Translations under genes and position numbers: made by a program
Shown: positions 9,701 to 17,954 of the stretch, piece by piece
How the letters are laid out: each line of letters starts with the position of its first letter
How positions within the stretch are numbered: position 1 is the stretch's first letter
The notes under the pieces: generated by a model
Seen by the model: only the letters and a program-made list of their open reading frames with translations
Database searches by the model: none
Told to the model about the DNA's origin: nothing
From: Nitrospiraceae bacterium
GTDB lineage: Bacteria > Nitrospirota > Nitrospiria > Nitrospirales > Nitrospiraceae
Length of the DNA: 64,000 nt
Direction of reading: 5' to 3'
NCBI GenBank assembly: GCA_037442105.1
Contig: JBBIQV010000001.1
Coordinates: 1-64,000, forward strand

Positions 9701-11003
9701 CGAAATAGGATGAGCAGTTATCGTGATGATCGACCTGCGGCGATGTCGCACCGTGGTTCGTGAGCCCTCCGCCGTGGCTGCTGTGGATGGCATTACTATG
9801 GGGCACCGTGCATCCGGCCGGTGTGCTACAGTGGCCCGGTCCGTTGACGCCGATCAACGCGTGGCCACCGGTCGCATGGACATAATCGTAAATGGTCGAG
9901 GGCACATTCGTATCCTGCGTCGGTTGCCCGTCGGTAAAGATGATGACGAAGCTCTTGCAGCAGGTTACATATTGTGAGGTCGAGGCCCACTGCGGTTGTG
10001 TGAAATAATAAGGATCGCGATTTTGAACAGTATGTGAATAGTCGGAGGTGGTATAGGCGGGAGGAATCTGGGCGAAATAGCGGGTCGCTTCGTAGAGCGA
10101 TTCCGACAGCGGCGTCCACTCGGATGACACCGTGTTATCAATGGCGTTCAGCAAGGTGATCATGTTCCCGCCTACATCGATCATCACCTTGCCCCCATTG
10201 ACGGTCCCACTATTGCTGTTAAACTCCATGAGGCCGAACCGAGCCTTCGCCCCCACCTGCTGAATGACTCCGGTAGTCGGTTCAAAATGGTCCACAATGA
10301 TTTGCGAGTTGCTTTCGGCAAAGCCGTCTGCATCCGAGCAGCTTGATCCTGTCGGCTTCGTACTGTCATCGTCCACACAGAAACTGCCCTTGAGCGCGGA
10401 GATGCTCCCCATCAAATGGAAATAGACGTTCCCGGACACAGGAATATTTGCCGCCGGCATCCTTCCTGACGCTTGGGCCACCGTGACGGATTGGGTTTGA
10501 TCTTTACAGCAGGCCGTGTTACTAAAATTGTCCTGTCCTACCGTCCGAAGACAGTTGCCCACCGAATCCCTTCCGCTGCCCCCTGTGCTGCTTGTGCATT
10601 TGCCGCCCGTCAGGACCACCTTCGCGATGTCCACCCTCCGCATTGACACATAGTTCAGCAGGTTGCCGTTCCAGGGATAGGAGCTCCCGCACGTCCCCAG
10701 TGTCGTAGGATTCGCGGCCGGGTCAGGCTGGAAGCGGTTCGTCGCATAGGTGTAACATTCATACGGGTTGAAGGCCCCGTAATAGACCTTGGTGGGATCG
10801 AAGGGCTCGTCATAGGCCTTGCTGTTCATGCTGCCGGAATTATCGAACAACAGCAGTACGTTGGGCGTCGCCGTCGTATTCAGGAATGGGGGACTTGTGG
10901 TGTAATCGGCCAAACTCTGGGCACCGACCATGCCAGGCCAGAGCAATAATCCTGCGACGATGAGGCACGCGAACGTTGAACCGAATGGAGTCGCGTGTTT
11001 CAT
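6726..11003 (-). CDS. pilY1: Type IV pilus tip adhesin PilY1/PilC (vWA + beta-propeller)
   Basis: Signal peptide; MIDAS-like FDNSGSM; GDPIHSTP, YVGANDGILHAF, ELWGFIP, YYVD, FGTGR propeller motifs; RBS before ATG 11003. Confidence 0.93.
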   Translation of the reverse strand: MKHATPFGSTFACLIVAGLLLWPGMVGAQSLADYTTSPPFLNTTATPNVLLLFDNSGSMNSKAYDEPFDPTKVYYGAFNPYECYTYATNRFQPDPAANPTTLGTCGSSYPWNGNLLNYVSMRRVDIAKVVLTGGKCTSSTGGSGRDSVGNCLRTVGQDNFSNTACCKDQTQSVTVAQASGRMPAANIPVSGNVYFHLMGSISALKGSFCVDDDSTKPTGSSCSDADGFAESNSQIIVDHFEPTTGVIQQVGAKARFGLMEFNSNSGTVNGGKVMIDVGGNMITLLNAIDNTVSSEWTPLSESLYEATRYFAQIPPAYTTSDYSHTVQNRDPYYFTQPQWASTSQYVTCCKSFVIIFTDGQPTQDTNVPSTIYDYVHATGGHALIGVNGPGHCSTPAGCTVPHSNAIHSSHGGGLTNHGATSPQVDHHDNCSSYFGGLSSDSCNSNGSHYLDDVAYWAHTTDLRPCNGTADGTIAGINVTGKCLQGFQNLTVYTFFAFGTGAKILQDAAKYGGFEDLNGNNQFDAADVWDRVNNFTGAAGADGLPDTYFESANADDMKDKLVATINSILARSSSGTSASVLASSSTGEGALYQAYFYPRSTQDPNVTWIGFTHGLFVDSFGNLREDTVQDGRLIYDQDYILKTYYDSANGEVVVERYRDLDGDGKADPVIDTNGDTIPDTPQKFDTKKLNEVKGIWEAGRRLALMPSSSRKILTWVDPNGDGIVDGGTDNGTHTNVASGEVIPFTTANSSALAPYLRGEAAPSPYQTDAIIEFIRGCEPSACSAATNNQTPLRQRILSVVDDAGANVMKVWKYGDPIHSTPTIVAAPRERYDVLYGDASYTAFLNQYRSRRQVAYVGANDGILHAFNVGFYNRGDDTSGGSPGVEHGWFSNTATLDGRGQKLGDELWGFIPMQLLPHLKWLAQTDYSHVYYVDLKPKVTDARIFTPDTDHPNGWGTILIGGFRLGGSCEACPIGNGPAMSVTANFTGAGNTTRKFYSAYFVLDITNPEVEPKLLWSFTDTGLGFATGYPTIVRVNPSASAKTDNTNAKWFVIFGSGPTGYDGSIVQSSRMYAVNLKTGPTTGNVVTINVDTANASYKAFMGDLISLDKDLDYRADAIYGGSVVPDGSLPWRGKLYRLTTGIASASPPGFGANTNPSTWGFTNEPTKIIESFTLGGSSVDVGPIVAAPTVTLDDAGNVWLFFGTGRYFGANDKTDATTQYFFGIKDSVLSGSCAETSATNCIDNDLVNVSNATVCVSCASTSNVTGVSGATSFATLMGLVQSKEGWVTTMPTARERVIVAPTLLGGVVFFPSFVPVDDICSGVGQGYLYGLFYLTGSAYTEPVLGTSASGADTISNRNVYLGEGMASQAAIHIGGQGSGGSGTSSGTGCQGRTTLLIQTSTGSLNGLCSRPPKQVWSRYLSWNHQRD

Positions 11004-11050
11004 GGCTGCTCCCTCCCTTCTTTGGGTCTCCCGAATCTCCGGCATCAGCG

Positions 11051-11440
11051 TTAACTGGGTAACAGAACCACGAGGTGGTCGATCTGTCCCTTCGTAAGGT
11101 GGAACATGACATCCACCCCAACTTGGATCGTCTCCAGACTCATGGGCATCAGTTCTTGATCCGTCACTTTGACCGAAGCGTGAAGGGTGTAATCCCTATT
11201 GTCGATTTTCAGTTTATTGCCCTGCATCCCCGTCACGTTACCTCGTTGAAAATCCTTGAACAGGTTCGACTTGGCATCCTCCTCATGATGATGACCCTGC
11301 TCCGCCACGCTCGTTCCCGCCAGGCCGCCCATGAAAGGCAACAGGAGTAAGCCGATGAATAGCGCTCGTTGGAGCACCGATACAGCGTTCGTGGCGTCGC
11401 CCACAATACTGTCCCCATACTCTGTGCTGAGCTTATTCAT
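11051..11440 (-). CDS. Small exported protein, PilY2-like (OB-fold-like)
   Basis: RBS and ATG at 11440; hydrophobic signal; IDNRDYTL segment; located between pilX and pilY1. Confidence 0.55.
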   Translation of the reverse strand: MNKLSTEYGDSIVGDATNAVSVLQRALFIGLLLLPFMGGLAGTSVAEQGHHHEEDAKSNLFKDFQRGNVTGMQGNKLKIDNRDYTLHASVKVTDQELMPMSLETIQVGVDVMFHLTKGQIDHLVVLLPS

Positions 11441-11454
11441 ACACCCTCCCTGTC

Positions 11455-12099
11455 CTAAATTTTTCGCTGACAGGTTTCGCCCGTTAGATTGCAGGCATAG
11501 ATAGCGACAATCCGACTGGTTGTGCCTGTCGCCGTCAAAGTTGCCCGGCAATCGACTTGATAAATCAAATCGACCCCGCCGGCCGCCGCGCCGCCGCCGA
11601 CTCCTTCATAGCCGGCCGCAAACTGCAGCCCTGATCCGCTGCTGCCCTTTGCATAGAGCCGGTCGATATCTCCATTGACTGTATACGGAGGGATGCTCAG
11701 GACGAGATCCGGGCCGGCGGCTCCGGAACCGGTGGGGGAATCGGGATCGTTTTCAGCCCCCGGCTCCCCTCTGATCTCTGCCGCCAGCGTCGGCGGACCG
11801 TTCAGGCTCGCGACCGGGACCGGGTTCGGTGAAAAGGCCGGCGGCACAGCGCCCCCGTTGATTGGGTCGATCGTCTGCTGGATGACATTCACCGCCGTGC
11901 TCAAGCAAGACTCAGCCGCGGTGGCCGAGACCTCGCTGGACATGGCAAACCCGGCCATGCGGTTCTCCAATCCCGTGACCGTGATGGCGGCCAATCCAAG
12001 AACCGTCATGATCAGGAGCAGCAACATGACGGTGAGGACCGCGACGCCCTTTTCACCACTTATTCGGTCGTCTGCAAGCATCTTGCTGTTCGAATTCAT
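11455..12099 (-). CDS. pilX: Minor pilin PilX
   Basis: G|VAVLTVMLLLLIMTVLG class III signal lacking Glu5; E.RMA...A..AAES motif. Confidence 0.88.
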   Translation of the reverse strand: MNSNSKMLADDRISGEKGVAVLTVMLLLLIMTVLGLAAITVTGLENRMAGFAMSSEVSATAAESCLSTAVNVIQQTIDPINGGAVPPAFSPNPVPVASLNGPPTLAAEIRGEPGAENDPDSPTGSGAAGPDLVLSIPPYTVNGDIDRLYAKGSSGSGLQFAAGYEGVGGGAAAGGVDLIYQVDCRATLTATGTTSRIVAIYACNLTGETCQRKI

Positions 12100-12114
12100 C
12101 GCGCCCGCGTTTCC

Positions 12115-13272
12115 TTACAGCCCAAGGTTTCTTGTTTCGACCGTTCGTGTCAGCACCCGCCGCCGATACTGAGTATAGGGAGGGTTCAGGGTCCCGTAAT
12201 CGCCGGAGGCGAACACACCATTCGCGTGATTGTGATCGCTGACTTGCAGAGGTCCCGCCGTCAACACACCGGCTTGATTGACTTCGCCCAATCCCTGATC
12301 GGCTAACATTTGCCGAGCCACGATGAAGATTTTGACCAGCCGAATCTTGTCGGAAGTCATCGGGGTGGTCGCCCAGGCACTGTTCGTCACAAAGTCTGCC
12401 GCGTCAAACGATCCGGCTGTGCCGCCGGCCTGGTCGTCCACAATCCCGTCCGCGATCCCGGAATTCACCGCTCCGACACAGCCATCACAAGCATATTCGA
12501 ACTGGAGGTCTTCGATTCCCTCGGCAATCACGGCCCCATTGCGCCGGAGACAGGGAGCAGTCCCGCCGCTACAAGCCGCCGATGTCGTGCCGACGTCGTA
12601 TGTGACGCACTGGAGCAGATAGACCGGGGTCCCAGTGGCGAAGGTCGCCGGTCCCGGTATCGCATCCGTCTCTGTGAAACTGATGGTGTTGCTGGACGGA
12701 TCCGCATTCGTCACCTTGGTAGCCACTGCACCGCCAATCGAGATGACCGAGCCAACGGCCAGCCCGTTCGTTTGCATGGCTGTCACGGCGCCACTAGGCA
12801 GGGTAATTTGACTGAAGCCGTTGGAGCCGCCCACAGTGGGACTGTTTGCCACGGTCCAAGTGGGGTTGGCTGAACTCCCTAGCGGCACAAGCAACCGGAT
12901 CTGATCTGGACCCGTGTCGGCTCCGGCCGGAGTCTGGTCCACCGGCACAACTGGAACAGGACTTCCCCCAATGCCGCAAGTGCCGATCGTGGTGGCTGCG
13001 GCTCCCGACAACATGCCTGCCATGCCGAATCCGGCCATCTTGATGTCCCTCGCGAGCAGCTCCATAGCGATCCGCGCGTTTTGCTGCGTATCGACCGTCT
13101 GTTCATTGGCCCGCGTCGATTTTTCCGTCGTGGTCAACACCACGAACCCTGCGGCCACGACAAGCAGGGTGATGACAATTCCCACCATGAGCTCAATCAG
13201 GGTCATTCCCTGTTGCGCTTGCCATTCCATCCCCACACAGATTTGAGTCTCATGCCGCTGTTGTCTTTTCAT
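12115..13272 (-). CDS. pilW: Minor pilin PilW
   Basis: G|MTLIELMVG; QQNARIAMELLARDIKMAGF; IAEGIEDLQFEY; C-terminal RN. Confidence 0.92.
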   Translation of the reverse strand: MKRQQRHETQICVGMEWQAQQGMTLIELMVGIVITLLVVAAGFVVLTTTEKSTRANEQTVDTQQNARIAMELLARDIKMAGFGMAGMLSGAAATTIGTCGIGGSPVPVVPVDQTPAGADTGPDQIRLLVPLGSSANPTWTVANSPTVGGSNGFSQITLPSGAVTAMQTNGLAVGSVISIGGAVATKVTNADPSSNTISFTETDAIPGPATFATGTPVYLLQCVTYDVGTTSAACSGGTAPCLRRNGAVIAEGIEDLQFEYACDGCVGAVNSGIADGIVDDQAGGTAGSFDAADFVTNSAWATTPMTSDKIRLVKIFIVARQMLADQGLGEVNQAGVLTAGPLQVSDHNHANGVFASGDYGTLNPPYTQYRRRVLTRTVETRNLGL

Positions 13273-13279
13273 TTCCTTT

Positions 13280-13813
13280 TCATTCCGGGGCTATGATGGA
13301 GGTCAGAGTGACTTGCCTGGCTCTAGGCACTTTGTTCGCCCCTGCCGCCTCGGTCCAACTCACGATAACCGCGACGTTGTTTTGATTGAGTCCCGCCGGT
13401 CCTGTCGCAGCGACCGTCACCAGGCCCCGCACACTGGAGAGACCCGATGCATAGGTACTTGCGAGCAAGTTGTCCCACTGGTCACAGTCTCCCCTCGCCA
13501 TCGGCTGAGCCGAGGCGTTGATGGTACAGGCCACCGACGTGTCAATGCCGTTGTAGGCGGTCACGTTCCTCCGGTTGAACTGGATCCGCTCCATCATGTC
13601 TGCCGCCAGATTCGTCGCACGGGTCAATTCATTCGCATCCATGTTGCGACTCAGCGAAATGGCCTGCATGCCCGAGAGGGCGAGCAACCCTGTGGCCAAT
13701 ACGACTGCTGCGACCATGCCTTCGATCAGCGTGAAACCCGATTGCCGACCAACCATCGCCCGCAAGGTCGTTCTCTCATGCGACTCCATTGTCGAGTCCA
13801 TTGTCACGGACAT
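13280..13813 (-). CDS. pilV: Minor pilin PilV
   Basis: G|FTLIEGMVA...GLLAL; ATNLAADMMERIQ.N. Start uncertain (13789-13831). Confidence 0.9.
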   Translation of the reverse strand: MSVTMDSTMESHERTTLRAMVGRQSGFTLIEGMVAAVVLATGLLALSGMQAISLSRNMDANELTRATNLAADMMERIQFNRRNVTAYNGIDTSVACTINASAQPMARGDCDQWDNLLASTYASGLSSVRGLVTVAATGPAGLNQNNVAVIVSWTEAAGANKVPRARQVTLTSIIAPE

Positions 13814-14304
13814 GTGCTCTTTGGACACCAACTGGATTTCCCACCCGGGGTCACCCGGATCGAGTATCTGAGCCCCTTATCGTTATCGACCGTCATGACC
13901 AGGTCTCCGGCTCCCCCGCCTGACCGCAGACCCAGCGAGTTAAATTGGACCGTCGTCGGTCCCATATTGCTGACGTGCGGCACGCTGGTAGTTTGTTGAA
14001 AGACCGGTGTCCCGGCGGCATCTATCGCCGCAATTGCCAGTTGGCCGCTTGCAACCGTGACTTGCGTGCCGACCGTGGTATTGCGATTCATGGCAGCGAT
14101 TCGAGACACCGCAAGCTGACTAGTAACCTCTATGACGGCCTGCTTGAGTTGGTATTTCGCATTCCACTGGAGATAGGAAGGCACGGCAATCGCTGCAGCA
14201 AGCGAGATGACTCCTGAAACGACCATCAGCTCGACGAGCGTGAACCCGCCCGCTCGGGCCGGCTTTCCGGTAACTTGTGCGAATTGGGATAGATGGGTAC
14301 ACAT
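13804..14304 (-). CDS. fimT: Minor pilin FimT/FimU (GspH-like)
   Basis: G|FTLVELMVV...IAVPS; FNSLG. Start placed downstream of the sigma54 promoter; the ORF is open to 14493. Confidence 0.85.
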   Translation of the reverse strand: MCTHLSQFAQVTGKPARAGGFTLVELMVVSGVISLAAAIAVPSYLQWNAKYQLKQAVIEVTSQLAVSRIAAMNRNTTVGTQVTVASGQLAIAAIDAAGTPVFQQTTSVPHVSNMGPTTVQFNSLGLRSGGGAGDLVMTVDNDKGLRYSIRVTPGGKSSWCPKSTCP

Positions 14305-14322
14305 AGGGCCGGGGAAAAGGTG

Positions 14323-14339
14323 AGCAAGGGCCATGCCGT
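14323..14339 (-). promoter_or_regulatory. Sigma54 -24/-12 promoter of the fimT-pilVWX-pilY1 operon
   Basis: Minus strand ACGGCATGGCCCTTGCT (GG-N10-GC). Confidence 0.7.
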
Positions 14340-14363
14340 TTGCCCACACCTGAAAACAAGAGC

Positions 14364-14376
14364 TAATTCGTTGATT
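14364..14376 (-). promoter_or_regulatory. IHF-binding site
   Basis: Minus strand AATCAACGAATTA matches WATCAANNNNTTR, just upstream of the sigma54 site. Confidence 0.65.
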
Positions 14377-14430
14377 CTTAAACGAACCTCTCCTCTCATA
14401 AGAGTACAATATCGCGCGTTCCAAGGCCTT

Positions 14431-14454
14431 TGCTGCGACAATTTTCGTCCAGCA
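14431..14454. promoter_or_regulatory. Candidate enhancer-binding-protein site (imperfect palindrome)
   Basis: TGCTGcGAC-AATTTTC-GTCCAGCA, about 100 bp upstream of the sigma54 site. Confidence 0.4.
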
Positions 14455-14539
14455 GGATGCAGGGTTAGCTAGGAGCTTGGAGGACTGGAGCAAACGGAGT
14501 GGCGGAGTGGCGAACGTAGGAACCTGCGGAGATTCTGCG

Positions 14540-16381
14540 CTACTTCATAGCCACGGCTCTGACCTGCTTGAAGGTCGTAACACCTTGGAGCACCTTTTGA
14601 ATGCCGTCTTGGACCAATGTGGTCATGCCTTCCTTCCTCGCGAGGTTCAGCATCTCCGCTGTTCTCGCCTTCGACTGAATGAGGCTCTTCATGTCTTCCG
14701 AGCCAAGCAAAAGCTCATGCAGAGCCACTCGCCCTTTGAAGCCCGTTTGATTGCAGGTCTCGCACCCACATCCACGGCACAGTTGGAAATCATCGTGGTA
14801 GTGAGCCCCTAGTTGCTCCCAATACATGGCACCATACGCCCGCACGAGGTCGTCATATTCTTGGGGGGTCGGATGGTAGGTTTCTTTGCATTCCTGACAA
14901 ATTCGTTTGCATAAACGCTTGGCCAGCACGCCCAGCATCGCGTCCGAGAAGTTGAACGAATCGCATCCGAGATCGAGCAGCCTGACCACGGTTTCAACCG
15001 CGCTGTTGGTATGGAGCGTGCTGAGGACGAGATGGCCGGTGAGCGACGCTTCGATCGCGATGTCAGCGGTTTCCTTGTCACGCATCTCGCCGATCATGAT
15101 GACATCCGGGTCCGCCCGCAAGAACGCACGCATAGCGGCTGCAAAGGTAAACCCGATCTTTGGATGGACCTGAACTTGGCGCAAGCCCTCTTGCGTAATC
15201 TCGATAGGATCCTCAGCCGTCCAGATCTTTCGCTCATTCGTATTGATGTGGCCCAGCAGTGCGTGAAGCGTCGTCGTCTTCCCAGACCCGGTCGGCCCCA
15301 CGCACAAGATGATCCCATACGGCTTTTCGCCGAGTTCTTTCAGCGCCTGGAGGGTGCCCGGCGAGAATTCCATGGCCTCCAGCGGCATCGGTCCCTGGGC
15401 CGTCAGCAGCCGCATCACGACATCCTCGTTGCAACCGGCCGTCGGGAGGGTGGCGACGCGCAGCTCGATTTCCTTGTCTGTGCTCAGTTTGAATCGGATC
15501 TTCCCATCCTGCGGCTTCCGCCGCTCCGCGATGTCGAGGTTTGCCATGATCTTGATGCGTGAGACGATCGGGCGCCGATAGGCCGCGGGTATGCGCATGT
15601 ACGTGAAGCAGGTTCCATCCACGCGTAGTCTGACGACAGTCTCCTTGCGATCAGAGTACGGTTCAATGTGAATATCCGACGCTCCGAGCCGGTGGGCCTT
15701 TACGATAATCTGATTGGTCAGCCGGACAATCGCGCTATCGTTCTCGCTGATTCCCTCGAGATTCGACTCCTCCCGCTGTTCCACCTGCGCCTGGCTGACG
15801 AGTTCCCCCAAGATGTCGTTGAGGGATTCGCCTCGTGCTTGGCCTGTGGCCGCCAGGAGAAACTGCTCGATATCGCTGCGAAGCCCGACCGCCAACCGGT
15901 GAGTCATCCCGGGGAAGGCGCGCCGAATATCGTGCCTTCTGTCGAGATCGTGCGGGTCGTCGATGATCACATCGAGAATATTGCCCTCTCGCCTCAACGG
16001 TAACCAGTAATGGTGCCGGAGATAGTCGACATTGAGCGTCTTGAATAACCCCTGATCAACGGCCACCCGTTCGTCGTAAGGTACATAGGGGCATTCGTAA
16101 TATTCGCTCAATACCTTCCCGATCGCCGACTTCGGGACACGGTATTTATTGAGAAGGAGGCCTTCCAAGCCGGCGGGCACGATGTCGGCCTCCCTCACCG
16201 CCACTTGCAGTTCCGTCCGGCTGAGGAACCCTTGGCTCACCAGGCCCTCATAAGCGGACACTTTTGTCTCCCTGAGCGGTGCCTTTGCCATCCGACCACC
16301 TTGTCCCGCCAACTGCTCTGGGCGCTCATCAAGCGGAAGAGGCCCCTTTTTCACATGGCGACACTCAATACTCGCAAGCAT
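14540..16381 (-). CDS. pilB: PilB/GspE-family assembly ATPase
   Basis: ASDIHIEP, LDIAERRKPQDG, GPTGSGKTTT, TAEDPIE, LRADPDVIMIGEMRD, TGHLVLSTLH, Cys Zn motif; AGGAGG RBS. Confidence 0.92.
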   Translation of the reverse strand: MLASIECRHVKKGPLPLDERPEQLAGQGGRMAKAPLRETKVSAYEGLVSQGFLSRTELQVAVREADIVPAGLEGLLLNKYRVPKSAIGKVLSEYYECPYVPYDERVAVDQGLFKTLNVDYLRHHYWLPLRREGNILDVIIDDPHDLDRRHDIRRAFPGMTHRLAVGLRSDIEQFLLAATGQARGESLNDILGELVSQAQVEQREESNLEGISENDSAIVRLTNQIIVKAHRLGASDIHIEPYSDRKETVVRLRVDGTCFTYMRIPAAYRRPIVSRIKIMANLDIAERRKPQDGKIRFKLSTDKEIELRVATLPTAGCNEDVVMRLLTAQGPMPLEAMEFSPGTLQALKELGEKPYGIILCVGPTGSGKTTTLHALLGHINTNERKIWTAEDPIEITQEGLRQVQVHPKIGFTFAAAMRAFLRADPDVIMIGEMRDKETADIAIEASLTGHLVLSTLHTNSAVETVVRLLDLGCDSFNFSDAMLGVLAKRLCKRICQECKETYHPTPQEYDDLVRAYGAMYWEQLGAHYHDDFQLCRGCGCETCNQTGFKGRVALHELLLGSEDMKSLIQSKARTAEMLNLARKEGMTTLVQDGIQKVLQGVTTFKQVRAVAMK

Positions 16382-16428
16382 GAATCATGTCCTCCTTGTG
16401 GTCACTCCACCTCATCAGCGATGATCCT

Positions 16429-17910
16429 TTACGACTTCACCTGCCGCGTCCCAGGCGCCGGGTAGACCAGCGGAATGCCGCGTAAGAGCCCGCTGTACAA
16501 GTCATGGTCGTACCAGACTTCGAGTCTGCTGTCGGGGCTGGTGCCATGCACGAGCATTCCTTCCGATACCAGGGCACCATACAGGCGAGGTTGACCTTCC
16601 ACCACTACTCGGCCCAAGGCATACAGCACCCCGTGCAGGTGAATCCCCGAAAGTTGTACCGGAACACGCAACCCCAATGTCGACTGACCTTCCGGCGGCG
16701 GACTCAGGGCCGGCACCGATTTGCCGGCGCCTTTTGGCCTCCAGATCACATGGGCATTGATCACAAACAATCCTTCGGCATAGTCCGTATTGAGCAGGAG
16801 CGTGCCAAGGTTGGTTGAGCTCGGTGGTTGCTGGTCCAGGGTGTCGATAAACACGAGCCCATGATGGTCCCCTACGGCGGGAGATTCGAAGACCTGATCA
16901 GCCGGCACCCCCTGCCCCTCCCTGACTATTCCGCCGGAGTAGAGCAATCCCTCCCGATCCATCGCATAGTAGCTGCCGAACCGAAGCGCCGCCTGCTTGA
17001 GCATCGCATAGTCCCAATGATCCATCTTCAAGCCGGGTGTCGGGTCCTGCTGTTGATGGAGGTTCGATGGCTCACTCGATCCGGGTATCGGCTCGGCGAA
17101 GAGTGCACGGCCACCAACCCAGAGATCGAACCAGCGGTCTTCGGGATGGCTCATGTCCGTGTACGATTGTCCGTTCACGGGAGCCAAGCCGGACTTCGTC
17201 GCAATGGCTTGAGGGTTTCTCAGCCGCACATCGCCCCTTGCCTTCACATCTCCCCAGTGAGCCCACACGGGAGTCACCGCCCCAGGAAGCACTCCATCCC
17301 CGAATCCACCGACCTGGACGGCGGCTCGCAGAGGCGGAATGGCGTAGCTGCCTAACTCCATCGAAAGCGTCGTCGCAATGGCCGAAGCCCGCCCTGTGGC
17401 CGCCGTCACTTCGACCGTGCACAGCGAGCCGGGATACGCCGGTCCGTAGACCTTCAGTTTGAGAATGCGGCCCAACCCTCGCAGGGAACGAAATAAGCCC
17501 GTCGTGGGGCTGTTCAACAACTGGTCGTGATGCGGATCAGCCGCATCGAAGAACAGGTCGGGACTCGTTGTCGTGCCCTTGAACTGCGAGATTCCTTGTG
17601 CATCGAAAAAGGAAGGAGCCCCTTCCGCCGACTGGAACCGTCGAGTGAGCACCGTTTCTCCGACTTCGGTAGGAGCCGAACCAGGGTGATGGAACCACTC
17701 GACCACCGCCTCGCCGGCCGCTTCGGCAAGATGTTCAGAAATCTTCTCATCTTGAGCAGATTGGGCGCTTCGTACTTCCAGCACAGCCAAATTCAGCGAA
17801 GTGAACCCCGCCACCGATAAGAGAAAGAGGATCATCATGGCCACCAGCAGAGCAATTCCTCGTTCCGCGTGTCCTGTCTGATCGCGATGTGGTTCGTTTC
17901 GACGTAGCAT
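16429..17910 (-). CDS. Large PilX-like minor pilin with extended C-terminal domain
   Basis: ERG|IALLVAMMILFLLSVAG (no Glu5), LAEAA motif; C-terminal G.LY..G...G..+YGA+V repeats. Confidence 0.72.
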   Translation of the reverse strand: MLRRNEPHRDQTGHAERGIALLVAMMILFLLSVAGFTSLNLAVLEVRSAQSAQDEKISEHLAEAAGEAVVEWFHHPGSAPTEVGETVLTRRFQSAEGAPSFFDAQGISQFKGTTTSPDLFFDAADPHHDQLLNSPTTGLFRSLRGLGRILKLKVYGPAYPGSLCTVEVTAATGRASAIATTLSMELGSYAIPPLRAAVQVGGFGDGVLPGAVTPVWAHWGDVKARGDVRLRNPQAIATKSGLAPVNGQSYTDMSHPEDRWFDLWVGGRALFAEPIPGSSEPSNLHQQQDPTPGLKMDHWDYAMLKQAALRFGSYYAMDREGLLYSGGIVREGQGVPADQVFESPAVGDHHGLVFIDTLDQQPPSSTNLGTLLLNTDYAEGLFVINAHVIWRPKGAGKSVPALSPPPEGQSTLGLRVPVQLSGIHLHGVLYALGRVVVEGQPRLYGALVSEGMLVHGTSPDSRLEVWYDHDLYSGLLRGIPLVYPAPGTRQVKS

Positions 17911-17954
17911 GATCGATCTCCCGCAGCTCCGCTCAATCTTAAATTTTGTCAGAC

